DNA of 63,990 bases, the filler included, from Squatina squatina (taxonomy: Eukaryota), in the NCBI GenBank assembly GCA_031763465.1. It is 4 parts of 4 records of this genome, joined end to end, with 100 filler letters (N's around TTAATTAATTAA, not from the genome) between each part and the next. Parts side by side here need not be neighbours in the genome. Positions count along the whole stretch, not along the records: positions 47,217 to 63,990 come from JARFOE010000194.1; 3 more parts are not named here. One strand, 5' to 3'. A model generated the notes under the pieces. That model did not search any database and had not been told where the DNA came from. It worked only from the letters and a program-made list of their open reading frames with translations. Shown piece by piece: positions 53,041 through 63,990 of this stretch (positions are counted from its first letter, which is position 1; each line of letters opens with the position of its first letter). The translations under genes and the position numbers were made by a program.

Positions 53041-53466
53041 CTGCCAACCCAAAAATGACCCGTTTATTCCTACTCTCTAATTTCTGTCTGTTAAGCAATC
53101 CTCAATCCATGCTAGTATATCACCCCAAACCCATGAGCCCTAATTTTGTTTAAGAACCTCTTGTGTGGCACCTTTGTCAAATGCCTTCGGAAAATCTAAA
53201 TACATCACATCCACTGGTTCCCCCTTATCCGTTCTGCCAGTTACAACCTCAAAAAACTAACAGTTTTGTCAAACATGATTTCCCTGTCATGTTGACTCTG
53301 CCCAATCCTATTATTATTGTTTTCTAAGTGCCCTGTTACCAGGTCTTCAATAATAGATTCTAGCATTTTCCCTAGTACTGATGTCAGGCTAACCGGTGTG
53401 TCATTCCCTTTTTTCTCTCTCCCTCCTTTCTTAAATAACAGGGTTGTATTTGCTACATTCAAATCT
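53041..53466 (-). mobile_element. CR1 RT fragment (-), arm of an inverted pair
   Basis: ANTTLLFKKGGREKKGNDTPVSLTSVLGKMLESIIEDLVTGHLE...YLDFPKAFDK, with frameshifts. Confidence 0.92.
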
Positions 53467-54745
53467 GCAGAGCTGCAGCACAAAGAATCAGTTCAGAATG
53501 GAGCAAATGCAGTAATCCTATTCTAACTACCTCAACCTTAAATCCTCACTGTTTATCTGAAGTAGGATTCCTGTATCTGTTACAGCATGTCCTGCAATGA
53601 AGAGTAGTTCCTGTCGACAAGAAGTGCTCTCATCGAACAGCAGCAAAAAGAACCAGCAGAAACACGAAAGAGAGCCTGCTGAAGCTGACATCGGAATGTC
53701 ACTGTCTGCTTCCTAGGGCGCTGGTTCATCCGATTGGTTTAGTTCCCCACTAGAATACTAATACTCAATTATGGAAAGCTGCTCTAAACTGCACAAAACT
53801 ACCAAACACTGCAAAGAAAATGACCGGAAATGTAATCTGTGGCTTCATGTGGTTGAATGGGCTGTAAGTAAAAGGATGCCAATGTTTACAGCCCTACAAA
53901 AGAAAAGGCTCCTCTTTGAAGCAGAGTTTCAGCTCTCTGGACATCATAGAGGAATTCAATATTATTTCTTCGCCTTTTTTCATCCAGATCTACAAATAAT
54001 TATTCACACAATATAAATCTAATGGCATGACACAAGTAAACTCACAACTGCTACAAAAGATTCTGCAAGAATAATCATTCATAATTAATTTTCCTTTTTA
54101 ATTTCTTTTAACTCAACTACAGCAACAGTCACTTCAGGAGCAACCAGCAAAGAATTCTGAACAGATGGCATTTTCCCAAAATACAAAACAAAGGCACAGC
54201 TGTNNNNNNNNNNNNNNNNNNNNNNNNNNNNNNNNNNNNNNNNNNNNNNNNNNNNNNNNNNNNNNNNNNNNNNNNNNNNNNNNNNNNNNNNNNNNNNNNN
54301 NNNCTGTAAATGAATAGTAAAGAAAATTATAGAAGTAAACTTCACTCAAAATACTTAACCCTGTTTATTCAAGTATTCAGAATAATTCTAATACTGCTTA
54401 ATCGAGGTAGCAAAGAGATGGTGCTGTTTTGTTTATACTACTGGAACACAGAGTCAGAAAAATTATAATTTCCATGAAAACACACATCTGTTTACTTCCC
54501 ACGATGCTATAGTTCCAGAACTATAGCCAATGAACAGAAAATGTAGCGTCAACTGCTGAATATGGGAGTGAAGATTTACCTAGAAGCTATGACAATGCTG
54601 ATAAGATCAAATAGATTAACATACTGATAAAGCCATGGTTCTTAATTCAAATTCCTCAGAATTCACTGAATGGGCTATTGGACAGTCAGGTGTGTGCATA
54701 CTCACAACAGTGATAATACAACAGTATGTAATGCAACAGACTTAC

Positions 54746-54825
54746 CTTACATGATTCACCAGTCTCAAGTGATACGGTGAGTCTCTCTTTATCACAGCTA
54801 GGTTCAGTATGGTTGTTTAGCATTT
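54746..54825 (-). CDS. TIAM1: TIAM1-like linker exon between PDZ and DH
   Basis: GACAG acceptor and GTAAGT donor, 80 nt, phase 1 to phase 0, open: MLNNHTEPSCDKERLTVSLETGESCK. It ends in K before STEQV as recalled for TIAM1, but is otherwise poorly conserved. Confidence 0.7.
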
Positions 54826-56020
54826 CTGTCCAGAAGTAAAAAAGTTACTATATAATGAGAGCAACAAATCACAGCAACTTATTAATGATTAAAGTTGTAC
54901 GAAGAAAATAAAGGTTTGCATCATTGTAAAGTTGCATGTAAATACCTGATTTTTAGTTAATCTTTGGGTGACAATAGAGAACTTCAGCAGTTTTGAATGG
55001 GCAGAGAACATTTTCAAGTAATAATAAATACTGTATGTTGTAATTATTCCCATGCTACCGATACATTGTGCAGTGTTCACAGATCAGCTCAAACCATAGA
55101 TGCAAAGCTTTTGTCAACTGATAATAGGACAGGCTTAGGGTAACAGGATTACTGCTACAAAATCCATTAAAGCTGTGAACTTTATAGCTGCTATTTTGTT
55201 CACTTTTAACAATTGTGGGAGTCTAAAAGGACATCAACAACAGCTGGTAGAGATCACTTTTCCAAGCTCCCTGTCATTACTTAAAAAGAGTGATAACAGC
55301 TGGTAGAGATCACAGCATCAAGCCCCCTTTAATTATTTTTTTTTTTTTTAAAGTTATAACTATTACAGACCCCACAAGAAACAGGGGTGGATTGCAATTT
55401 ATGTTAACAGTACTATTTGTAAGCACTGATTTACCTAAAATATTTTTCCGTTTATTTTGCTCTCCGTTTAGTCCATTTAAAAAAAAATTTCTGCACTGCA
55501 CTGCCTCACGAACAGCTTCAGGTATTTTTCATCACACTAAAACTAGATTGTTGAGCAAAGGCAAAGAGGGGCAGTTCCAGTTGGCACTGAAATGAGAAAT
55601 GAAGACAAATGAGAATTCAGCAGTGCAACCACTGCAGTAGTTAAGGAAAATATAGGGTAGATTTTCTTCTCTCTGCATTGCAAGTGTGGTACGCCCAAGA
55701 AGACACAGCTGCACACATTTTTGGTTTGGGAGACCTCCAGGCACAGGCCTGCTACCTTGCTGAGCTCTACGCCTAAAAGTAGGCAGCAAATTTGACTGCA
55801 GATGCAGGACTGAGCACTGTGCTGTGGCCTCCAAGATTGGAACTTCCTGGCTGTTGATGGAGATCAGTAACCAGAAAGCCCCCGACTAGCTTGAATATTT
55901 CAGAGTGAGGGCTTCAAGTTAAATCTCCCATCTTTCTATATGATCTTTGGCCTGTCCTCGGGATCCCTGCAGACCCTCTGGTCAGTGTGGCTCCGAGGTA
56001 GACCAAAGTCCCAGGTGTAT

Positions 56021-56320
56021 GTGTCAGCTGTGGCTCAGTGAGCAGCACTCTCTCCTCCAGAGTCAGGAAAGTTGTGGATTCAAGTCCCATTCCAGGGAGT
56101 TCAGCACAAAAAAAATCTAGGCTGACACTCCAGTGTAGTAATGAGGGTTGGAGGTGCCATATTTCGGATGAGAAGTTAAACCGAGGTCCCGTCTGCCCTC
56201 TCAGGTGGACGTAAAAGATCCTATGACACTATTTCAAAGAAGAGGAGGGAAGTTATCCCTGGTGTCCTGGCCAATATTTATCCCTCAATCCACATCACTA
56301 AAACAGATTATCTGGTCATT
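56021..56320 (+). mobile_element. SacSINE1/DeuSINE-type SINE, 3'-truncated
   Basis: A/B boxes and body as at 16687 and 29768. Confidence 0.88.
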
Positions 56321-56430
56321 GGAGTGTCAGCCTAGATTTTTGTGCTGAAGTCTCTGGAGTGGAACTTGAACTCACAACTTTCTGTCTCAGAGGAGAGAGT
56401 GCTACCCACTGAGCTACAGCTGGCACACAC
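56320..56430 (-). mobile_element. Inverted 5' half of the same SINE family
   Basis: Reverse complement of ~56021-56132, with substitutions. Confidence 0.88.
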
Positions 56431-56644
56431 ACACCTGGGACTTTGGTCTGCCTCATTGGGAGAAAAAGACACTCTTAAGTCCCTCAGAGTGAGGGACACA
56501 CTCTTTCTACTCAACAGGTCAATGCTTTTTGCACAGATTGCATGNNNNNNNNNNNNNNNNNNNNNNNNNNNNNNNNNNNNNNNNNNNNNNNNNNNNNNNN
56601 NNNNNNNNNNNNNNNNNNNNNNNNNNNNNNNNNNNNNNNNNNNN

Positions 56645-56748
56645 TCAAGAAGGCGGCTCACCACCACCTTCTCAAGACAATTAGGTATGGGCAATAAATG
56701 TTGGCCTCATCAGCGGCATCCACATCCCATGAACGAATAAAAAAAAAA
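56645..56748 (+). mobile_element. LINE 3' tail with A-run
   Basis: TCAAGAAGGCGGCTCACCACCACCTTCTCAAG...CACATCCCATGAACGAATAAAAAAAAAA. The same tail is on the - strand at 62982-63130. Confidence 0.75.
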
Positions 56749-56874
56749 GCAATGTTCATTTACCGTGGTTGCTAGCTAAAAAGGAACTCAAAATGATCTT
56801 TGCAACAGGCAGACAAAATGGAATGCACTTCAAAGTTTAAAAGCTAAAAATGTGAATGCAGAGAACCAGGTTAC

Positions 56875-56964
56875 CTTTAGAGGAAGCCAGACCTCCTTCT
56901 TTTACATCTGTAATAATCATTTGCTGGTGTGACTCCTCGTCTTCAACTAAAGACACACAAAATC
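56875..56964 (-). CDS. TIAM1: TIAM1-like exon (PDZ domain)
   Basis: TTTAG acceptor and GTAACC donor, 90 nt. Encodes (G)FCVSLVEDEESHQQMIITDVKEGGLASSK(G). Confidence 0.88.
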
Positions 56965-58504
56965 CTAAACAGAGAAAGAAAGTGAAACAAGTCATATAAA
57001 TAAAACTAAAATGCTGCTGAAAAATAAATAAATAAGCTTGGATAATTTAGGCTTTATTTGGTCTAGAAAACACCTAAATGCTTTTACGTAAACATAAACC
57101 TGGCAATTCTTTATAAACGCATGGTTCACAAGCAAAAAGTTGATAATGGCTATTAGCTAACAGTAAACATAAAGTAAAAAGGGGCAAATGTTATAGCATT
57201 TGACAGGCAACATACCACTGTGCAGTGTGCAATGGTATCCAGCAATACAATTAGAATTATTCTTCAAAATTACCACAAATCAAGTAGTTCAGTTCCTTGC
57301 ACTATGGACTGTACCCCATCAATTACAGAGTTATATCAGTTGAAAGATCTGTATGGTCTATATGATGTCACCCACATTGGCAAGTAAGTTGTCACTGACT
57401 TTACTGCCATGCTGATCTGCACTGTTTGCTTATAGCTGAACTAAAGTTAATTGGTTCAGTAAATTGTGATCCTCGTCTAACTGAATTCTTTTTCTAGGGG
57501 TGAGAGGGGGTGAGCGCAGAGCTCTTGCTCACATATATGATTATCGAGCAAGCATTACAATCATCTCTGAACTCTGCCATCCTCAAAATATTGCAATAAA
57601 TTGGAGGGTATAACAATTATTCATTAACTCACAGGGGTTAACTTTGATTCTGTACAATGGTGTAATAGGGGTGCTTGTGAATCGGCAGCCCGTTTTACAT
57701 CTTGCACCAATTTTTAATTTCATCGAAGTCGCTTGANNNNNNNNNNCTTCTCTACCCAGACAATCACAGAAGACTCTAATAAATGAAGCTGAAATTGTTT
57801 TTTCTATGGCCATATTTATGCTCTATAATGTGCCAATCCTGAGCCGAGTCATGTTACAACAGGCCCTTGTTCTCGCAGCCTTATTACCAATGAGCATGGG
57901 CTGGAGGGGAGACAAGAGTAAAGTCTGAAAAAAATGTATGCAAGTAAATCCCTCTAATCTAGAATGAGTCTGCTTGAGGCAGAATTCTCAAAAAGATCCA
58001 ATGTTGAAGTTTCACNNNNNNNNNNNNNNNNNNNNNNNNNNNNNNNNNNNNNNNNNNNNNNNNNNNNNNNNNNNNNNNNNNNNNNNNNNNNNNNNNNNNN
58101 NNNNNNNNNNNNNNNTTCTTTAGCCAATCTTTCTGCTTGTTTTCTCCTGTACCATTTGATTCTGATCACTGCCTTAAGGGCTTGAAAAACAAGGCAGAGG
58201 TAACAAGACAGTATTTGTAGCCAAACAGCACATAATGTTCACAGAGCGAGTTTTTTTTGCGGGTTATGTGCAAAAGAAAATAAATATGGTAGATAATAAA
58301 TAATGGTTAGCAATGTTTCCTTAATTTCTTCATATTTATACAATTTAATAAATTACATAAAATTAAACTTTTGCTAATGTAACATTTGCACAATTCAGAA
58401 TTTGTACTCTATGTTGTCAAGACATACCCACTATCCTCTGCACATATTCCTAAGTTACCAATAACCATTCTTCAGTTGTGTAAACCTAGATTCAGGCTGC
58501 CTAC

Positions 58505-58606
58505 CAGTTCATGAATATCCTCTTGCTTTGGTATATAATATTGAATGTGGTTGTCCACTGTAAACTTCAAACGCACATAGTGACCAACTGGTTCCAAATG
58601 TTGTAC
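58505..58606 (-). CDS. TIAM1: TIAM1-like exon (Ras-binding domain)
   Basis: TTGTAG acceptor and GTAGGC donor. Encodes VQHLEPVGHYVRLKFTVDNHIQYYIPKQEDIHEL. Confidence 0.9.
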
Positions 58607-59544
58607 CTACAAAATATGAAAACACTAGGAATGGATAGGTGCAGATAAAGGATAATAGATCACTACCTTGCTCTGGTTAATAGAAATGTAATGACTGATA
58701 TTCCATATTTAAAACATAATTTAATGTAATGTTCCACAGAAAAAAGACTTGAAATTACTTAGTTCTATAACAAGTACTGTAGCGTATCAGTGGTTCACTA
58801 TTATGCTGAAAAGGTGATGTAGAAAGTGNNNNNNNNNNNNNNNNNNNNNNNNNNNNNNNNNNNNNNNNNNNNNNNNNNNNNNNNNNNNNNNNNNNNNNNN
58901 NNNNNNNNNNNNNNNNNNNNNNNNNNNNATCAGCTTTCCTTTATAGCTTTTTTTTTAAAAAGTGTGACACAGAGATATGCACGTATAACAAATCTGGAAT
59001 GTGACGAGTGCATCTGAAAACACAATTCTTGAGTTTAACATGCATGCATCACGCATAAAACTTGAAAGTATATTGGCTAAAATTTTATTTTCATGAAACA
59101 CCAATAGATCACAACTGAACAGCTCTCTTCTAGCGGAAGGCGACATAGAGTGCTTGGTGTCCAAACTCAGTTATCTCCTACTCCAAGTCAGAGCCAGAGT
59201 TTCCAGTGCTGTAATAAAAGCTTTATTTCCCAAAGAAATATAANNNNNNNNNNCTCTAAACAGTCTTCTCAACTAAATGATCACCATAATCTACTCACCT
59301 GCAATTGGCCCTGAAATCATTTGAAAACTGTGGTTACACTTATAACATTTATATCATGTTACATAAATTACATAGATGAGCACAAAAAAAATCAAAATAC
59401 AGGAATACTTCTGTTGATTTTAAAAGGTTTATTGTCATTGATGGTATCTCTACTTATCCTACAATTAATTACTGCTGGTTCATGGATCTACTAAAACGCT
59501 GCTATACTTGTATTTATAATAAAACCTAAATACAACAAACTCAC

Positions 59545-59730
59545 CAAGGCATGGAAAGAAGACACTGAAAAAATACTTAGACGACCCATGGCATGTTTGG
59601 TTGGCCGACTTGCAAATGCAAGAAGTCGTTTTGGGTTTGGTAACTCTCCACCTTGAAGACTTGCCATATAACAACGATGTCGGAAAAGATCAATCTGAAA
59701 TTGTTCTAGATTTTGTTCCCATAAAAAGAT
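59545..59730 (-). CDS. TIAM1: TIAM1-like exon (CC-Ex of PH-CC-Ex)
   Basis: AAACAG acceptor and GTGAGT donor. Encodes IFLWEQNLEQFQIDLFRHRCYMASLQGGELPNPKRLLAFASRPTKHAMGRLSIFSVSSFHAL. Confidence 0.97.
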
Positions 59731-60386
59731 CTGTTTAGAGATGGAAGAAAATGGAAATCAAAATATATTCTTCATCACTACTGGAACAACGCATATGTAC
59801 ATTTTATACTATAATGGAAGGCTACATGGAGTGACTGATGTTCAAACTCAGAGACAGATACACACTGCACTGCTTCGTCAGTTGATCACTGTTGATGAAA
59901 CAGCATGACATCATTCTACCAGNNNNNNNNNNNNNNNNNNNNNNNNNNNNNNNNNNNNNNNNNNNNNNNNNNNNNNNNNNNNNNNNNNNNNNNNNNNNNN
60001 NNNNNNNNNNNNNNNNNNNNNNATTCTATAAACCCATTTCAGGCTGTTGGTGCTCATCGGCACATATAACAAACTAGCCAGAGGTAATGCTTTGCAGCTT
60101 ACAAGAATATACAGATGGCTGATCCTACAAGCCCATCACAGCTGTAATCATACTGGTAAATGTTAACTGAATTTAGTTAATTAAATTTCGTTGTTTTTAA
60201 AAAAAAAAAGGAACTTTATACCACAGCTAAATAAAAGACAAAAATAAAATTACATCCCCATATTTTCATAACATTGTTGATTGTTTTACACATGCTAACC
60301 CAAAATTACAATTAACCTGTACCACTTATCGTACTATTTAACTACTAAATAAAAGCTTACTTTTATCCTATTTAAAAATGAATTAC

Positions 60387-60567
60387 CTGTGTTGTTTTGG
60401 ATCTTCTGACATGCATGTTTCTGTTCTGATCATTAATGTGGCTTAATCGACCTTTGGAGGCTCCTTCAGAAAGGCAATGGGACTTCCTGCAGGGGAGTGT
60501 TGAGGCAGCATATGAAGGTATACTTACATCTGCTCCAGCAGACCATGTCACTGTATTTGTATTTTCT
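60387..60567 (-). CDS. TIAM1: TIAM1-like 3' end of N-terminal coding exon (5' part in gap)
   Basis: Encodes ...STLPCRKSHCLSEGASKGRLSHINDQNRNMHVRRSKTTQ, then GTAATT donor. TLPCRKSHCLSEG and KTTQ are recalled TIAM1 motifs. Confidence 0.92.
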
Positions 60568-62981
60568 NNNNNNNNNNNNNNNNNNNNNNNNNNNNNNNNN
60601 NNNNNNNNNNNNNNNNNNNNNNNNNNNNNNNNNNNNNNNNNNNNNNNNNNNNNNNNNNNNNNNNNNNTTTCCTGTTGTTGCAATCGCCCCGTGCTGTGGC
60701 CGCCTCCCGCAGGTGAATTTCACCCGAGAGCGTTGTGGCTATGTGGTGCGTGTCGGAATGTGTCTTGATGACGTCACACGCTGACCCACCGCGAAATTCA
60801 GCTGGGCAGGTGCAAAGGCCTTTTCGCCCCAGCTGAATTTCGGGGGAGGCGAGATGGCCGCCTCCCAACGCCTTTTTTTTTTAAACGTCCCATTAGCGCC
60901 CCTCGGAGGTGCTAATGGGGCATTACAGGAGCTCAATTTCGGCCCCTTTATTTCTAATATAAGCCACTACGAGCAGAAATGGTCATGCATCATCATTTGA
61001 GATGCTGAGTTTGCTGCTTATGGTTGCACTGTTTAGGAGTTCCAGCTAATTAGCTCTAAGAGGGAAGGAGACTGTACATTTGTTAGCCCAACTTTTTTTT
61101 TGCACACATAAAAAATAATGGCAGCTTTCTTCTACTATTAACCTAAAATTTAAAAAAGTACACTGATGCCCAGATGGCTCTGTGGGTAAAAGAGCCATAT
61201 GATATGGTACAGAACCATACGGATGAGGAAGGTCACATGTTTGCCACATTCTATGCCAATCCAGTGGTGGTAGTATCTGCTTTAATGCTACAAATGGCCC
61301 GAGTGGCCCTGAGCTATGAGGTTGGGGGAGGATTGGCACACCTGGTCACCATCCAGTCACTCCTGCTGGAAAGAAATGTATAAGTAGACATCAAGGAAGA
61401 ACACAATCAAATTGGATGTTCCGCCTCCATGTTGGAAAAACTCATGGTAGAGGTTCTGGAGCCAATATCCTGTATTTAAAAGAACCAGAGGCTGAAGTCA
61501 GGGGCGCATCCTGCCTCCCCTCAAAGGTGTGTCCCAATTTACGATGGGGGGAGGGGCAAGGCACATTAGTGCAACACTGCATTGGATTTCACTTCAGCCT
61601 TTCTCGTCCATTTTCTTCCCCATTCTAACTTCACAGCCTTTAGGCTTATTTTCCTATTTGGATTCGGCATGACTCCAGTCATGCTTTTTCCTTCCTCATC
61701 TCTCCTTCCAGTCACTGTCTACAACTCTTGCTGTTCCATCTATTTTATGTTCTCCCTCCTACATAGCGAGTGGCTTGAAGTTATACAGTGCCGCGATTCT
61801 GGTGCCAATTTTAATGGACACAAAATTGGCAATCTGAGCATTAAATCACAATTGGGCAATATTTATTGGCAAATTCCAAATGTGATAATGTTATTGCTGG
61901 TGGACTAAACACATTAATTTGACAAATATAAGGGAGGGAGTTAAACTTACTTTAGTACTACTATAAATTCCAAATAGTCATTTGGCGTATGCAACTGGAG
62001 TTCCAGATTACACTTGGACCAGGCTTTAGTTTATTGATGGATGTTGATTTCTTTTAATAGGTCAGAGTATGCCAGTCTTAAAGTGAGTATTTNNNNNNNN
62101 NNNNNNNNNNNNNNNNNNNNNNNNNNNNNNNNNNNNNNNNNNNNNNNNNNNNNNNNNNNNNNNNNNNNNNNNNNNNNNNNNNNNNNNNNNNNAAATATGA
62201 TTAATTAATTAGAGTTCAAACATGTTCAGCCACGTCTTAATGGAACACATTAAAGACCTACATGAATGTATAAAATACAATACAAAACAGGACAGTATAA
62301 ATTTGACTGCTGTTGAACAAATGCCAGAAACTTTTCTACTCACACCCATGTAACCAAAGTGCTGAAATCCTACATCATGCAATTAGATTGTACAGCTACC
62401 GTGTGAAAATCCCAGTGGATAAACAGCATTATTTTTTGAAGTATGTGTTAAAAAATACTTACAGGACACACCCATGCAGAACATAAACTTTACCATTCTT
62501 TCTCTTCATCATTAATCATGTAATAGTTTTGATTTGTAAAAATTAAGAAAAAAATGTGAGCTATTACTTTGCATAAACAAGTTAAAAAGATGCCTCATAC
62601 AGCCATGAATGTCATCTCTGCAAGCATACAGATAGTTTTGAAAACATTTCAGAATTATCTATTGTTTTCTCATGTTCACCTTTACAGCAATAAACTATTT
62701 TAATGGGGTTCCCCACAAATTCAACAGCAGGAGTGCAGGTTAATTGAGGCATGACAAATGTAATGTAATTGCCCACTTATTTTAACCCTGCCTCTCCAGC
62801 AGGAATGGGGCTGGCTGGGTTTAAAATGGTAGTCTGTCACCAGGAGCCTGAAATTTACAGTTACAATTACCTTTTGATTAAACTCGAGCTTGCAAGGAGT
62901 TACAATTGGATTAGTCACATGGAATAACAGAGCCAGATGATCATTTTAAACATACTGCAGACTGTAAGCTTTTTCTTATAC

Positions 62982-63455
62982 TATTCATTCCTGGGATGTG
63001 GGTGTCGCTGGCAAGGCCCATCCCTAGTTGCCCCCGAGAAAGTGGTGGTGAGCCGCTTTCTTGAACCACTGCAGACTGTGTGGTGAAGGTACTCCCACAG
63101 TGATGTTCGGTAGGGAGTTCCAGGACTTTGATAGCTTTTCCTAACAGTTTTGATACAACTGAGTGTCTCGCTGGGCCATTTCAGAGGGCAGTTAAGAGTC
63201 AATCACATTGCTGTGGGTCTGGAGTCACATATAGGCCAGACCGGGTGAGATTCCCTTCCCTAAAGGACATCAATGAACCAGATGGGTTTTTATGACAATC
63301 CAACAGTTTCATGGTCACCATTACTGACACTAGATTTTTTTTCCTCCCCCTTATTCCAGGTTATTTAATTAACTGAATTTAAATTCCACAGCTGCGGTGG
63401 GATTTGAACTCATGTCTCTGGATTACTAGTCCCGCAATTTAACCACTACGCTGCC
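62982..63455 (-). mobile_element. tRNA-derived SINE (second family) joined to a LINE 3' end
   Basis: 63160-63455 matches the SINE at 51575-51926. 62982-63130 matches the LINE tail at 56645. Confidence 0.8.
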
Positions 63456-63464
63456 GAGTCCCCT

Positions 63465-63990
63465 ATCTTTCCTACTCCTCCCCAATCCCACCCGACTCCC
63501 ACACACTCGCAGCCCAATCGCACACTACTCGCATTTCACTCCTCCCAATTCCCTCCCCACTCCAACCCACTCCCACACACTTGCACCCCATTCCCATCTG
63601 ACTCCCAACTCAGTCCCTCCACACTCCCTCCCCAATATTCCCTCTCCACTCCTCCCCACTCCCATCCCACTGCCAGCCCACAGGCCTGATGAGAGGGGAG
63701 GTGGGGGGTCACTGGCCTGGGGTCCATCAAGGGGCCCGAGCCCGAGCTCTTTTTTTCGGTAATCGTTTTTGCACGGTAATCGTTTAAATGGAGGCCGGCG
63801 AGGTTGTTTGCCCCGGGGACCGTGCTGGCTCTAGACACCCCTGCCAGCCCACTCCCCCCAATTCTTCCCCACTCCCACCCCCTCCTGCCGCCTCCCTCCC
63901 CACTCCCACCCCTTCTTCCCGTCTCCCTCCGAATCTCCCTCCCCGTCTCCCTCCCCACTCTCTCCCTACTCTCTCCCCACTCCCACCCCA
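63465..63990. repeat. C-rich low-complexity tracts (CCCACT-like)
   Basis: Repeated CCCACT/CTCCC at ~63470-63680 and ~63845-63990, flanking a GC-rich core. Confidence 0.75.

Overview
Vertebrate genomic DNA, almost certainly cartilaginous fish (shark or ray), judged from SacSINE1/DeuSINE-type SINEs and abundant CR1, L2, RTE and Penelope remnants. It is a gappy draft assembly. Three 100-nt spacers (44 N + TTAATTAATTAA + 44 N) look like artificial joins and split it into four probably unlinked scaffolds. (1) 1-17028 holds seven + strand coding exons of GABA-B receptor subunit 2 (GABBR2). (2) 17129-32797 is repeat-rich and holds an isolated PCDH1 cytoplasmic-domain segment. (3) 32898-47116 holds a ~2.8 kb array of ~42-bp repeats, a Penelope GIY-YIG relic and a hammerhead-like motif. 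(4) 47217-63990 holds seven - strand exons of a TIAM1-like Rac GEF. Almost all ORFs in the supplied track are spurious (gaps, repeats, LINE debris). No prokaryote-type system (CRISPR, operon) is present, and I found no clearly new multi-gene system. The best leads are a candidate internal first exon for a short DH-PH TIAM1 isoform, a 5'-truncated PCDH1 segment, two fold-back retroelement structures, a Penelope-type minimal hammerhead, two microexon candidates and the splice-site-rich repeat array. Comparisons with human proteins are from memory, not from a search.
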